Origin: Felis catus
Lineage: Eukaryota
Direction: 5' to 3'
Assembly (NCBI RefSeq): GCF_018350175.1
Contig: NC_058368.1
Coordinates: 32,242,001 to 32,306,000 of the forward strand
DNA length: 64,000 nucleotides
This document shows positions 12,881-25,092 of the stretch, in pieces. Each line of letters starts with the position of its first letter. Within the stretch, counting starts at the first letter, position 1. Both the position numbers and the translations under genes were made by a program. The notes beneath the pieces are model-generated. The model did not search any database. It saw only the letters and a list, made by a program, of their open reading frames with translations, and had not been told where the DNA came from.

Positions 12881-14619
12881 ATAGATGGACCTGCAAACAG
12901 ATTGGAGTAGGACTGAAATTACTTCATTTTCCTGTAGAAGTCAGACTCTGAAGTGCTTTATAATACATAAACTAAGTAGGCGATGAGACTTGTGTTTTTG
13001 AAGAGGGAGGTTGGCCCAGTTGGGCGGGGCTCAGTGTAACGGCTCTGTTCTCCACCAGATGGTGCTGCTAGCTTACTGGGTTGTAGTGTTGTGGGACTCT
13101 TAGATGCATTTGTGCATGCACGGGAGTGGTGAAAGTGATGTCACACAGCTACTAGTCTCTAGCATCCGAACATTGTTCTACCTGATCAGTGCTCTGTCTT
13201 CAGCTTTTGTCCACTACCCGCTTTTTCACTCTCCGTGACCAGGCCCCAGGCAGTACCTCTTCCCCAAGTTTTGTCTCAGATGCGGCTGTTTTCCCCAGCC
13301 CCTTACTTCTGAAGGGCTGTGGCTTTGACCCATTCCGCACCTCTGCGGGATGGTCTCACTGAGCAATGGCCAAATGCCGGCTGCACCCGCGAACACTTGC
13401 TGGACCCTGCTGCTGCCGGCGCCCTGAGAGTATGGCCAGGTGCCAGCCCGCCTCAGAAAAAGTTCACGAGACAGTGTAGCAGCAGCGTTTCAGAGATTAT
13501 GGAAAATCACAATACACATCTGGCACCAGGCTTCACCCTTAATGACCTGATTCCTGCACCAGCGAATGTGGTCGTTTTCTGGGGTCTGCTGGGATCAGTT
13601 GTCTTCAAGAGTCTCTACCAAATGTCCTTCCAGCAGTGGAACCGCTTTTCCCCGTGTGTCCCGAGAACCTCCCGGACCCCACTCTGCTCCTGGGCATTCG
13701 CCCTTCCCACCAGAGCACTGCCAGGTATTGAGGTGCGGAGTTGCGACTTTGCACTCCCCTTGCTTACAGTCTTAATGGAATTTAAACCCTCTCCTTTGTC
13801 CTTTGTCCTTTCTCCCTTTCTAGTTTTTCCCTGTGGCTGTTTCCAGTTTTCCAGTTTCTCTCCAGCTGCTTTTGGGGAGGGATGCTTTTCCTGTATTCTC
13901 TACCCCCGCCCCGTCTCTGTGCTCTCTCCATCCACAAAATCACCTCCCTTCCCGAGGCTTCTAACTCCCCAAGCTCACCTCTCTGCACCACATACCTGCT
14001 GAATTCTGTGGTTCAGTTTGTGCAGATTGTTGTGTTAATCCTCCAATCAGTTTTCTAGGTGTGCAGGATGGTTGAGTGTTGATCTGGCTGTATTTCATGG
14101 GTGAGAGATGCAAAAAAACTTCCATGCTATTCCACCATCTTGGCTCCTCTTAACTTTTCCTTTCTTATAAAAAGGACTAGATACCATGGTTAAGCTAGTA
14201 AATATGAGCATCACTAGTGCTCGGACTGTGATCTTTGAGAAGTACTCCTCAAAGAAAGGAGTCAGGGATGTTTGAATAAAGTTCTAGTTGAATATTCCAG
14301 GCAGCACATATGGTAAGATTTGTCATGCCAAAAACTGAGGGGATTTCCAAAAATAACAAAGAATATTCCCAAAGGATTCAAGAACCAGATTGAGGAGGCT
14401 GCTTCTGCCCAAAGAGAAAACAATTTAAGCCTCACAAGAATAATAATTTTAAAGTACTTATAAGTATAATATCAAATATATTTAACATCATAAGTTCATA
14501 ATGATAATGAAACACCTATGACAACAAATCATTGCATAAAGTTGGAGAACATAAAATAAATCTTGTTAATTTGAAAGCTAGCAAATAAAGGGATAACTCT
14601 AGCATTTAATCCCTAACTG

Positions 14620-15007
14620 ATAAGGGAAATACCTTAGAAAGGTGGCAGACTCATCCCTAAATATGCTTAAAAAATAGCAGGTGCAAGAAGGACTCTGACC
14701 TCCCCTTTCAGGAGACAGAACTTCAGTGTGAAATGTACTCTCCTTATACCAACAATAAAGAAACATTCTTATCACCAGAGACAGAGAGTTATCTTCAAAT
14801 ATTTTAGTTATTTTTCCATAATTGTCTCTTTTTTCAATTGAGTGTATAATTGCCCAGCCACTTCTTGAGTCTTCATTTGCCAATGAGGGCTTCCATCAAC
14901 GTATAAAAATCTGTATGCTTTTGTGCTCTTAATATCTTGTTTTTTTTTTAATTCTCTTGCCCAGTGGAGACCCTAAGATGCTAGAAGTAAGGTGTTGCCT
15001 ACCCTAT
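14620..15007 (+). mobile_element. Solo LTR, MER34/MER39-like (ERV1)
   Basis: Recalled MER34-type motifs: ccctaaatatg, cttatcaccagagac, aaatctgtatgcttt, and terminal tgcctaccctata (~ttcctcccctaca). Confidence 0.65.
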
Positions 15008-15455
15008 AGGCTTTTTAAAGAAATTCCAGGTAATGATGAAGGAATGAAAGAATGTCATCATTTGCAACTTTTAGTGAAATAATGGATCTAGAAAAAAAAA
15101 GAAATTAAATGACTATTGAGATCACAAAATGGACACAATCACAAGGCAACCTATAAAGTTGTCTTGCCAGAAATTCGAACCTGAACCTATATCTGATTTA
15201 TCTGATTGGCCAAATATGAATCTCATTTTAAACTTGTTTGTTTATCAAAATAAAGGAAATGAAATGTATATAAGCACATAGTAAATGACATCTAGAAATG
15301 AAATCAATAAAACTAAGACTGTAGGTAACTCTAGGGAGTAAATTATCCAGTTTCTTAAACAAGTAAGAGACAGGGAGAGAAAATTTATAGATTAAATATA
15401 GTTTAGGGACATAGCAACTGATCAAAGTTCTAAATTAAACAATATAAAATATATT

Positions 15456-15669
15456 AAAAATTTTTTAATATTTATTTTTGAGAGAGAGTTTGAGACAGAG
15501 TACAAGCATGGGAGACACAGATAGAGAGAGGGAGACACAGAATCCAAAGCAGGCTCCAGGCTCTGAGCTGTTATCACAGAGCTGGACAAGGGGCTCAAAC
15601 CTATGAACCACGAGATCATGACCTGAGCTGAAGTCAGACACTTAACAGACTGAGACACCCAAGTGCCCC
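15456..15669 (-). mobile_element. CanSINE
   Basis: Typical body; TSD aatataaaatatatt. Confidence 0.93.
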
Positions 15670-15881
15670 AATATAAAATATATTTTAAAACTTTATGGGT
15701 AAATTAAAAGAATTTGAATACTGGTTTGACTTTTAACTAGGTCAATATTCTTCATCTTTGGGGAGAGTGATGGCATCATGGCATATTTTCTCGATATATA
15801 TCAATGTGTTTATGGATAAAATTATTTGATGTATGGAATGTGATATAACAATAAGAAGAAGGGTAGAAACTAGAAGCTGTA

Positions 15882-16102
15882 GGGGCGCCTAGGTGGCTCA
15901 GTTGGTTGAGCGTCCGACTTGGGCTCAGGTCATGATCTCACAGCTCGTGAGTTCAAGGCCCATGTTGGGCTATGTGCTGACAGCTCAGAGCCTGGAGTCT
16001 GCTTTGGATTCTGTGTCTACCTCTCTCTCTGCCCCTAACCCACTCACATTCTGTCTCTGTCTCTCTCAAAAATAAATAAACATTAAAAAAAGAAAAAAAA
16101 AT
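15882..16102 (+). mobile_element. CanSINE
   Basis: GGGGCGCCTAGGTGGCTCAG head; TSD aaactagaag(c/g)tgta. Confidence 0.94.
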
Positions 16103-16484
16103 AAACTAGAAGGTGTATAGATAAAATTGCCCACAAAATGATAACTGTGTAAGCTGCATGAGCTGTACATTGGGGATCATAGCTATATTCTCTCCACTAC
16201 TTTAGGCTTAGAATATTACACAATAAAAAATTAAAATATCCAGTATTAAGAAGTTTGAATTCCAGTAATTCTTTAATTTACATATATAAAAAGTATATTA
16301 TTATCCCAATTAGAAGTTACTTAGAAGTCACATAATGCAATCCCTCTTTTCACAGATGAGAAAACAGGCTCAGAATTGATACAGCTTGCTTAAACCGTAT
16401 GTGTGCCTTTAGATAGGGTTAAAGCAAGAATCCAATTCATCTGGCTCTTAGGACACAAACATTTTTATATATTGGGGTACTTAG

Positions 16485-16589
16485 TATTTTTTAATTTCAA
16501 TTTTTTATTTAAATTCTAGTTAGTTAACATATATGGTAAAATTGATTTCAGGTGTAGTATTTAGTGATTCATCACTTACATATAACACA
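16485..16589 (-). mobile_element. Extremely 5'-truncated carnivore L1 (3' end only)
   Basis: Resembles the L1 3' terminus (gtgattcatcacttacatataacac) with a T-rich tail; TSD gggtacttag on both sides. Confidence 0.8.
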
Positions 16590-17399
16590 GGGTACTTAGA
16601 ATTTAATTGTGTTGATAAAAAAGCCAAGTATCTCTATAAAGGCAATTAAAAAACAGATTTTATAAGTATGCTAGTGTATAACCAGCTTGCCATTTTTTGA
16701 TATTTTTCCACTTAATATTTTATATAGGATGCTTTAAATGCACTCTTTTAGTTTCTAGAGCAAAAGAAATGGAAAAGAGCAAAACAATCTGGAGTGAACA
16801 CCAGTACAAAGTATTTTTTTCTGTTAATCAAGACAGCATACATTAGGAGTAGCAGGTGTTATCTTAAGACAAAAGGCTGATTAGGACTTAGTATACAGCT
16901 ATTATTTGCAAAGAAACTATTCATCACCATAGAATTTAATGTATCTTAATTAAAATACATAAATAAGTGTACTCTCTTAGGTTTAGATAGATTTCAGTGT
17001 TTACTAAAAGCTTCCTTATAAATCATTTTGAGCCTTACAATGACCTTTTCATATAGAAATTACTATCCCACTCCTGCTCAATGCAAATGATAAAAAGAAA
17101 AAAGTAAACGTAGCTAAAGAAAGAAGGCATGTTGTGTAGAAGAACAATAACAATGGAAGTTTGTAGGCTTCTAAAGAGACCTATCTACAGCTGGACTTGG
17201 GCAAAGTTGTGTGTGATTGTGGCCTCAAATCCAAATCAGAGAGTATTACCTGTTTTCCCCTCATTCTGGCCCCAGGGGTTATAAGGATCACAGTTACCTG
17301 TGTGCATTGGTATCTAAAAAGCCCAGGAAGTGCAATTTTTAAAAACTTTTTTCTTGAGTTTTAATCTCTGATCCCTCTTGGAGACCTAAGGACATTAGA

Positions 17400-18438
17400 T
17401 TTTCTCCTAGTTTTATTTCTGAAAGCTGAAAAGTCAGGGCAAAAGCCACTGGGGCCTTCTGACCCATCCCCAGAGTGAACAGAATCCCTGTAGGTCACAG
17501 AGACCACCTGTCGGGATCTGGTCAAGGGCATGGGGAAGGAATGGAAAGTCGAGTGGAAGAGGCCTGACGGGGAGCAGGTGGAGTCCCACTTGCTAGGACT
17601 CCTGGGGAAGTGCAAAGCGGTTTGCGCAGGTTTGGGCAGAGCTCCAGCCGGGAGCCCCAGCTTCCCTGGAGCAGGGCAGCACCAGGAAGGCAGTTTTTCT
17701 TATGCTGCTACTGCTACTCATCATCTGTGATCAGAAGACACTCTTACCAGTGGGCTAGTGGTAACAGCCCCACAATGTGTGACTCTCACCGACTTTAGCA
17801 AGGTTACCTCGCAAGGGGATATAATTAAGTCTCCTAATTCTCTTTGGGGCAGAAGCAAACCTAATAGACTGTATACTATTTTTCTTGTCTAAAGTTTCAT
17901 TAACTTGCTGCACTGCAGGGTGTTTATCAGGCGCCAGGGATGTCTTTGAAGCATCCAGCTTGTGGGACCCCCTTGACCACCTCTGGTACCATTGTTGGAG
18001 GACCAAAAGCAGTGACTAGGGAATTGCTTCCTTATCTTTTTCTGAAAACTTGTTATATCTTTAATCTGACCCTGAGGTGAGTTCAGCCTGGGATGTGGGG
18101 GCTAAAGAGAAGGACCAAAGATCCTCTTGGAAATTGAGACATTTATATGAATAATCTGCTGGCATCCTCCAAGAATGGCCCATGGTCCCACTGAGCACTC
18201 TGCCAGGCCCATTGGCCATCTGGCAAAGGGCCCCATGGGTTCCACGACCACTTCCCAAGACACATTGGTGAAGTGCCTCAGGACCCTCAGATGCTTGCAA
18301 ATAATTAGCTAGCACCCCTCTAGAATGCCCTGTAGACTCCACTATCCCCTCCCAAAGGAACCCTGCAGGATCTTCAGGCTTTTTGCTCTTCCAGAATGGC
18401 ATTGTGCTTAATAGGCTATCTTGTTCACGGTGCCAATT
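17400..18438 (-). mobile_element. ERVL-class internal region: PBS plus putative degenerate gag-like relic
   Basis: PBS TGGCACCGTGAACAAGAT (18418-18435), 14/18 to the recalled tRNA-Ser PBS TGGCGCTGTGAGCAGGAT. An ATG ORF (MPFWKSKKPEDP...) starts 15 nt later. The block is GC-richer than its flanks. Confidence 0.65.
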
Positions 18439-18725
18439 TGTCAGAGCTCCTCTGAACTGGGAGAGACCTGAGCTGCCGAGTGTGGGAGTAGCAGATTAAA
18501 GCAACAAGACAAAAAATGAGAGTGGAAGCTTTTAGTTATTTACTACAGTGATATGAGCAAGAAGATAAGAGAGAAAGCACCAACTTCCTCTGTTCCATTC
18601 TCTCCCGTGGACCTGTACTCTGGTGGAAAGTCAGGTGGATCTGCAGAGTGTGGGTCCTCTCACTGTTGAGGGAACCAGAACAAAAGGCTGCAGCAGTCAC
18701 AGGAGAATGATGATGGGGTGTCATA
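18439..18725 (-). mobile_element. 5' LTR of an ERVL/class III endogenous retrovirus
   Basis: On the minus strand the LTR ends ...gagctctgACA at 18439, followed after 3 nt by a primer-binding site (PBS). The outer boundary is approximate. Confidence 0.7.
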
Positions 18726-20041
18726 AAAAATACCCCCACTAAAATGCATTTTTTCTGAAGAGACGAACGCTAGATTTTTTTTTTTCATTTTTTGTTTTCT
18801 CTTTCAGTAAATAGACAATGTTTCCAACCATGTGTTTACATAGAAACATTAATGACTAACATGATCTTTTTGTCCTGAGCTATTATATAATCTGAGAAAT
18901 GAGCCAGAAAACTCTTAATTCACATGTAATATCTTTCCCTTCAGCCATTCTCTATATGCAAACTGAGGTCTGGCCTTAGGTAAGTTAATGACATTCTAAA
19001 GAACTGTGACTTTTTGCAAACAACTAAAGCTGAATAGAGATCTCTATTTATTTTAACACCTATTCTACTCACATCACTTTTATGTAGCCTTCCAACCAAG
19101 ATGAAAATGAAAGCAGCTCTCACATCTCTGGAGAGGTGCTTTCTACGCCTTCGATCTATGTAATACATCAGAAGTGTGCAGGGCACAAATGCTAATTTTA
19201 TTCGTTTTGGAGCACTTAGGTATTGTTACATTTTTTGTAGTTGTGAGAACTTTTTTAACGTGAAATTAATAGAACTGCTCAAGAGGGAAAATATAAACCT
19301 AATGAAAATGAAATCTCAATCATAAGTTAGTCGATACATTTACTGTATGTAATTATTTTTCTGTGATTTAAGGATTTTATTAAAATCACATATATTCAGA
19401 TAGAATGCTCTCCTATTTAAAGGTGCCATTGAAATCACTGACCAAATATGACTTCACAATATACTGGTAAACTATTGTAGATTTACTTTCAAATTTTATA
19501 GAATGTTTATCAGGGTGAATATATATTTTTTAAAAAAGGCAGACACTAGTTGGTATGATTTTCAATTTGAGTTAGACCCTACCTTTCATACTTAACGATG
19601 AATTTTCTGAAATTGTATATTTTTCCTTAAGACACTGCTTTACGCTTTTTTGCATAAATATGGCATATTACACAATTTAGTTCATGAAAAATTATTGGTC
19701 ATTAGGAATTAATTGTATCAAATTTTTATGTATTTATCTAAATACCTCTTTTGAGCTGTATCCAGAGCCTCTTATCTCCATGCTAAGAGAACTGTTTTGC
19801 AGTAGCTATTTTGTAATGAAAAGCAAACTAGTTTCAACTTAATGAATTTGAGTTTAGCTACAAATTTACCACTTAGTGGTGGTGAGGATTATGTCAGTTG
19901 CATTCTCTGAAGTTTTTTAATCTTTACATAGTCATTGAGAATTAAATATAATAAATATCTTTTTCTTAAATGTGTCTTGCTACAAATGTGTCTTGCCTTA
20001 AGTGAAAATTACCATGACACAAGGATCATGAGCAGGTCTAA

Positions 20042-20291
20042 ATGCAAGTTTGAGAGCATCCCTATTTAGCTTTTTCAGATTTCTTAAATAAAACCCAAGG
20101 CGTTTGTGGTAATATATGGGGGAAAAGGCAGAGGAGAAGAAAAAGAGGAACAAACTGTAGTGATTTGGATTCAAAGACATGAAAGTGTTTTGTGCTTTTG
20201 CCTTTCTTGCCTTCCAAATGCCCTGAGGATGTAGGGATCAGAAATTAAATCAAAATAATGCTTGTACTGAGACTAAAGGTCTATTCCAGAT
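20042..20291 (+). repeat. Left copy of a ~250 bp inverted duplication
   Basis: Reverse complement of 39864-40122; manual alignment gives ~10 substitutions and 3 small indels. Confidence 0.95.
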
Positions 20292-20968
20292 TCTATCCTA
20301 ACCCTTCATGTTGAGTTCCTTCCAGACAGATTCTCTGTGTCTTCATATGATGCCTTTGTGCTTCAGAGAGTGAACGAATGTGTTGTACAACCATTGGAAG
20401 CCAATCGATCCCTCCTTGCTTTTGTGGTCTACCATGGACTAGTTTTGTGGCCTGAAATGTACCTCTCAACAATCTGAGCCCATTTTCATCTTGGTAAAAT
20501 AGGAATAATAATCCCTAACCAGAGGAGCTACGGAGGAAATACCAGGCTAATAGTAGCCAACTTAAACATTAAAATTTTTACTTTAGTTTAAATATATCTT
20601 GACTCTCTCTTTCTGAGAACCACTTTGAAGTTGTGTGTGGAATTTAAGACTGTGTGGCCTGAGTTGGTAGTCCTGGAGAAGGGTACTTGTAGTAACTCCT
20701 ACCTAATTTACAAACTGCAGTCTAGTCAGACATAAAGAGGCATCTGGGTCAGTTAGCCTCATAACACTCCCTGACCTCTGATTGTTAATTAGCCGGTGCC
20801 AGGATAAAATCCCACCAAGAGCATTCAGTTTAAATCCTTTCCTTCACCTGGGAGGATGGGGTAATACCTGATATGGTGGTCCATTCTTTATGGGTAGGTG
20901 ATGGACAGAGATGACCCTAAGAGCATAAACTTAAGGTCTTCTGGAGCCACCTGTGTGCCTTGGATATA

Positions 20969-20991
20969 ACACACACACACACTCTCTCTCT

Positions 20992-21045
<54 letters not shown>

Positions 21046-21093
21046 AGAGAGAGCAACATACACACACATACACACATGTGTGTGTGTATGTGT

Positions 21094-21130
<37 letters not shown>
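20969..21130. repeat. Compound (CA)(CT)(AT)(GA)(CA)(TG) microsatellite
   Basis: Seen directly. Confidence 0.95.
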
Positions 21131-21133
<3 letters not shown>

Positions 21134-23380
21134 TTTCCCATAGAAATTCCCTATTTCCTCATGTTTACATTTGTTTACATTCCATATTGGAAGAGCCCAA
21201 ATGTCTAGTTCATTGAGAAATTGAGTGTTAACATGTTCTTGTTGGCTATTGTTTCCTAATAAGAAATAAGAAAATGTTTGCTTTACTTTTTCTTGGCCAG
21301 GAAGCCATCTCTATTTAGAAGTGTCAGCAAGGACTAGCCAGATTGGTCTCATTGCCTGGATATACTTGCTGGATCCAGATCTTTTCAGCCAGGACTCAAT
21401 ATCACAGAGCAAGGTATTCCAGGGCTTTGGGATTGAGGACAAGCCTGAATGAACCTGGAACTCAAAAGCATGTAGGTTCTATCATCTGCCCCACTGAGTT
21501 TTCTCTTAATAGCTGTTTATACTTAAATAATAGCAAGCAAATATGCTTACCACTGTCTTAAAACCTGGCTTTTGGGGTAGGATATTCAGAGGTGAGACTG
21601 GCTGTGGAGTAAGAAATTTACTCCCTTGACATAGAAACTCATGTCAACTGAGCTTTCCTGTTTGCCTTATTTGTCTTAAGCTACAAATGCTGAATCTATC
21701 ATATCAAGGTGTGAGGGAGAACTGACCTACATCTAGGATTGAGTAGAAGAGAGTATCCGAACACAGTGTTCTGTGGGTTCAGTGTTTCTTCACTCACATT
21801 TTGTCATCTGTAACATTAAATATAGTCTTCATCTAATTGCTGGGATTGCTCATTAGGATGCAAGAAAAAATTTTCTTCAAAATATTTCCTTAAAAATATT
21901 AAAGAATAATTCTTCTTTAGTAAAATCTATGAATAAAAATAAGCAATTTAATGTAACAGTTTATACCAAAAAGTTAATTTGTGAATGAATATAATATTAA
22001 AGTCATCAAAATATTTATGAAGTAATCTTTTTAAAGTAAATTTTATTATTTCAAAATCTTTGATTAAATTTGTGTCTCACTTATATAAATATTAATTTGG
22101 GAATATGCAGATATATTTTACTTCATGTAATGGGTAGATAGCAAATGTAGTCTTAAGAAAAAATGGAAATAATTTATTCTGGTTTTCTTATAGAAAATAT
22201 TTATATTCTTAAGAAACTAAACTCATGTCTTTGGGTAAGAAACCAAATTTTTCAGATGTAGTATTCTGTGTAACAGATGACTGCTCCAGGGCACTAAATA
22301 GTTGAAAGATAATTTGTGCAAATAATTTCCTTTGATTTTAAATAATCCCAATATGAGTCCTTAAAAACTCTTTTAGTGGAATACACCATATATATTTTAT
22401 GTTTTTAAAAATATGTATCTGCATATGAATTTATTTTAAGTAAATTTTATGTAAATAAAATCTTTATAAGTGAAACACTGTATAATGGATAAGTTTTATC
22501 TTTGTTCATTTTGATCCTCATTCCCATTGGACAAATCATTAACGACCCATAAAACAATTTAAAACAATTAAATGTAATAGTGTATGCCTTTATTTGGATG
22601 TACTTAATGGTAAATCATTTTGTAATGTGTGAAGATAAGAATATATTTGAATTCCATAGAAGTAATCACTTAAACTACTTTGCAATTTCAAATTTTCATG
22701 TATATTGAGGTATATTTACATAGCGAAAATATAGATACACATCTTTTAGAAGGGTACATCTGTATGTTAAGCAAAAGCATCATGATCACAGGAATATATT
22801 TCTCTGTGTGTGTATGTGTATGTGTGTGTGTGTGTTAGTTTCATAGTCAGTAAGTCAAATTCTGCCATATGGTGATCAACTCCATTTACTGAAATTATAT
22901 GGATATAACTAAACATTAGCCATCATGATTATAATCAGATGAAATAATCTCCATAATTGTATTTACTGTGTCCCTGCACCTGTTTTCTATTCCAATGATT
23001 TTCCCCATCCATGAGTCAGCTGTTATCAGAATTTCCCTATCATGCAAAACATTTATTAAATGCATGCTTGTTTTAACATTATTTTCAGGTGTGATGATGG
23101 ATAGATAGAAATCGAAGTCATCTTTCCAGTTATCAAGGAACTTTATATAATAATGCTTAACTATTATAAATGTAATCTGTAGAGTACTCTTGATATAGCT
23201 ACTATAATTTAACCAATAAAATCTATGTGGAGACAGATAAATCATGAAAAATTGCACCATGACCAACTATTAAAATTCAAGAAAAAAATGCATGTCCCAT
23301 TTTTTGAAATCTATATGCATTGCATATAAAAAGGTTTTCAGCTGGACTGAATTTCAGCTGGCTTTTAATTCAGGGCCTCA

Positions 23381-23865
23381 TGATGTCCAAGAGCAATTGC
23401 ATTGGACGGAGTTAAAAAGATAAGGAAAACTATTCAAGAGTATTGAAGTAGGGGAAAGATACTGAACTCTACTCTCCTAAACGGCAGGAAAGTTTGTGAG
23501 CACTGGGTTGAGTTGATAGGAAAGTATGGAGGGATTTGGTGTGGGGAGGTTGGTTCATGTGACAAAAGAGTCTGTGTTTGCTAACTGGTGCTTATCGAAG
23601 TTAGGCTCCTATCTTCCCACAGAGATTGGGAGATTGGGACCCTCTCTTCCGTGATGATGACATTTCAAAAGAACAGCTCCCAGGTTCTTAAGAAAGATTG
23701 TCCTAAGTTGTAAAAGATTTATATTTCAAAGGGGCAGAAAAATAATTTACAATTGCAAGCTTTCTAACTTTAATGCTCTGAGAAAGGAGTGGTGAAAGGC
23801 CTATGTCTGGCAGAGATTTATCTGAAATTTAGTCAAATTGAGGGACTTATTAATCATTAATGACA
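23381..23865 (-). mobile_element. Solo LTR, MER31/MER67-like (ERV1)
   Basis: TG...CA bounded ~480 bp block with motifs ggtgcttatcgaagttaggctcctatcttcccacagaga and tttacaattgcaagctttcta. Confidence 0.6.
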
Positions 23866-23888
23866 TACAGAAGCCTTCTCTGTCTATA

Positions 23889-24089
23889 GAATGCCTGGGT
23901 GGCTAGTCAGTTAAGCATCTGACTCTTGGTTTCCACTCAGATCATGATCTCATGGGTTCATGAGTTCAAACCCTGCATAGGGCTCTGCACAGATAGTGCA
24001 GGGCCTGCTTGGGATTCCCTCTCTCTCCCTCTCTCTCTGCTCCCCCACCTCATGCACTCTCTCAAAATAAATAAATAAACGTAAAAAAA
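23889..24089 (+). mobile_element. CanSINE
   Basis: Typical body and tail; degenerate TSD agaag(c/a)cttctc..tcta. Confidence 0.92.
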
Positions 24090-25047
24090 AGAAGACTTCT
24101 CCATCTACATATAATATTGATGTTGTATTATTGATATTAATTATATCTGTATATCTATCTATTATCTATCTACCTGCCTGCCTGCCTGCCTACCTATAGG
24201 AATTGAAGGAAACAACATGAAAAAAAATCAAGCAAAGAATTTACAAAAAGTCTATAGCTTACAATGGATATTTGAATTAATTATCTGCAGCATCTTTATA
24301 ATTCATTCAGAAGACCAAGCTTTTCTTCAAAGATTGTGGGGAAAAAGGGAAACAAAATACAATTACTCACAAGCCTGGTTTCTTCTCTCACTCTTAAATC
24401 TTGGCACTTCAGAACTGATTACTAGGTTTAAGAAACTTCCAATTGCTTCAAGAACAAACCTCAATTCATTAGCAGGGCACATATGTTCTTTGAAAGTAAT
24501 ACAACCATTCCCCAGCAGCACAAAGCTGACTACGATTCCTTGCAACTTTACAGATCTGTGCCTTAGCAAGTGTTCAACCCTTTTGGCTATTACCTCTTTG
24601 TGGCATATTTGGTGAGAGCTTATTCAGATATCATAACCTCACTTTAATGTCAATTCTTTCTAAAAAATATTGCCAAAATGCACTACAGACTATCAGATAC
24701 ACAGACTATCACTCTTTCTTCTGTGTGTTAGTATTGAGCACCTTGTTCATAATTTTCTTCTTACACTGATTACATTGTACATGTACATAGCTGCCTCCTT
24801 CAGAATAGTGGTGCTCTAGTATTTATCCAAGCCACAGAAACCAATAAAATTCAAACACATAACATTCAACAAATATTTGTGAAATATATGAACAGGTGAA
24901 TAATCATTAACAGTTAATATGAATATCAAGTGCAATTACATATATTAAATATTTGAAAATATATCTAATTTTATACCTTCATGTGGTTATACATTTATAA
25001 AAAATGTAGGAAGTGGTATAATTCCAACTACTATTAATATATATATG

Positions 25048-25050
<3 letters not shown>

Positions 25051-25088
<38 letters not shown>
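25051..25088. repeat. (CA)n microsatellite
   Basis: Seen directly. Confidence 0.95.

Positions 25089-25092
<4 letters not shown>

Larger units (their letters stand above)
6898..14149 (-). mobile_element. Full-length LINE-1 (felid L1_Fc-like), inactivated
   Basis: The 5' end reads GAGGAGCCAAGATGGTGG on the minus strand from 14149. A-rich tail at ~6898-6950. 17-bp TSD ttaactt(c/t)tcctttctt at 6881-6897 and 14150-14166. ORF1 and ORF2 fragments are collinear. Confidence 0.97.

Noticed and set aside
13319..14002. 227-aa ORF on the plus strand
   Set aside because: Antisense to the GC-rich L1 5' UTR, non-ATG start and no recognisable domain; an L1 ORF0-like role is unsupported.
19998..20180. Duplicated small gene MSLNPNHY... 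(also 39978-40292)
   Set aside because: The shared peptide simply reflects the inverted DNA duplication; the C-termini diverge and one runs into a SINE.
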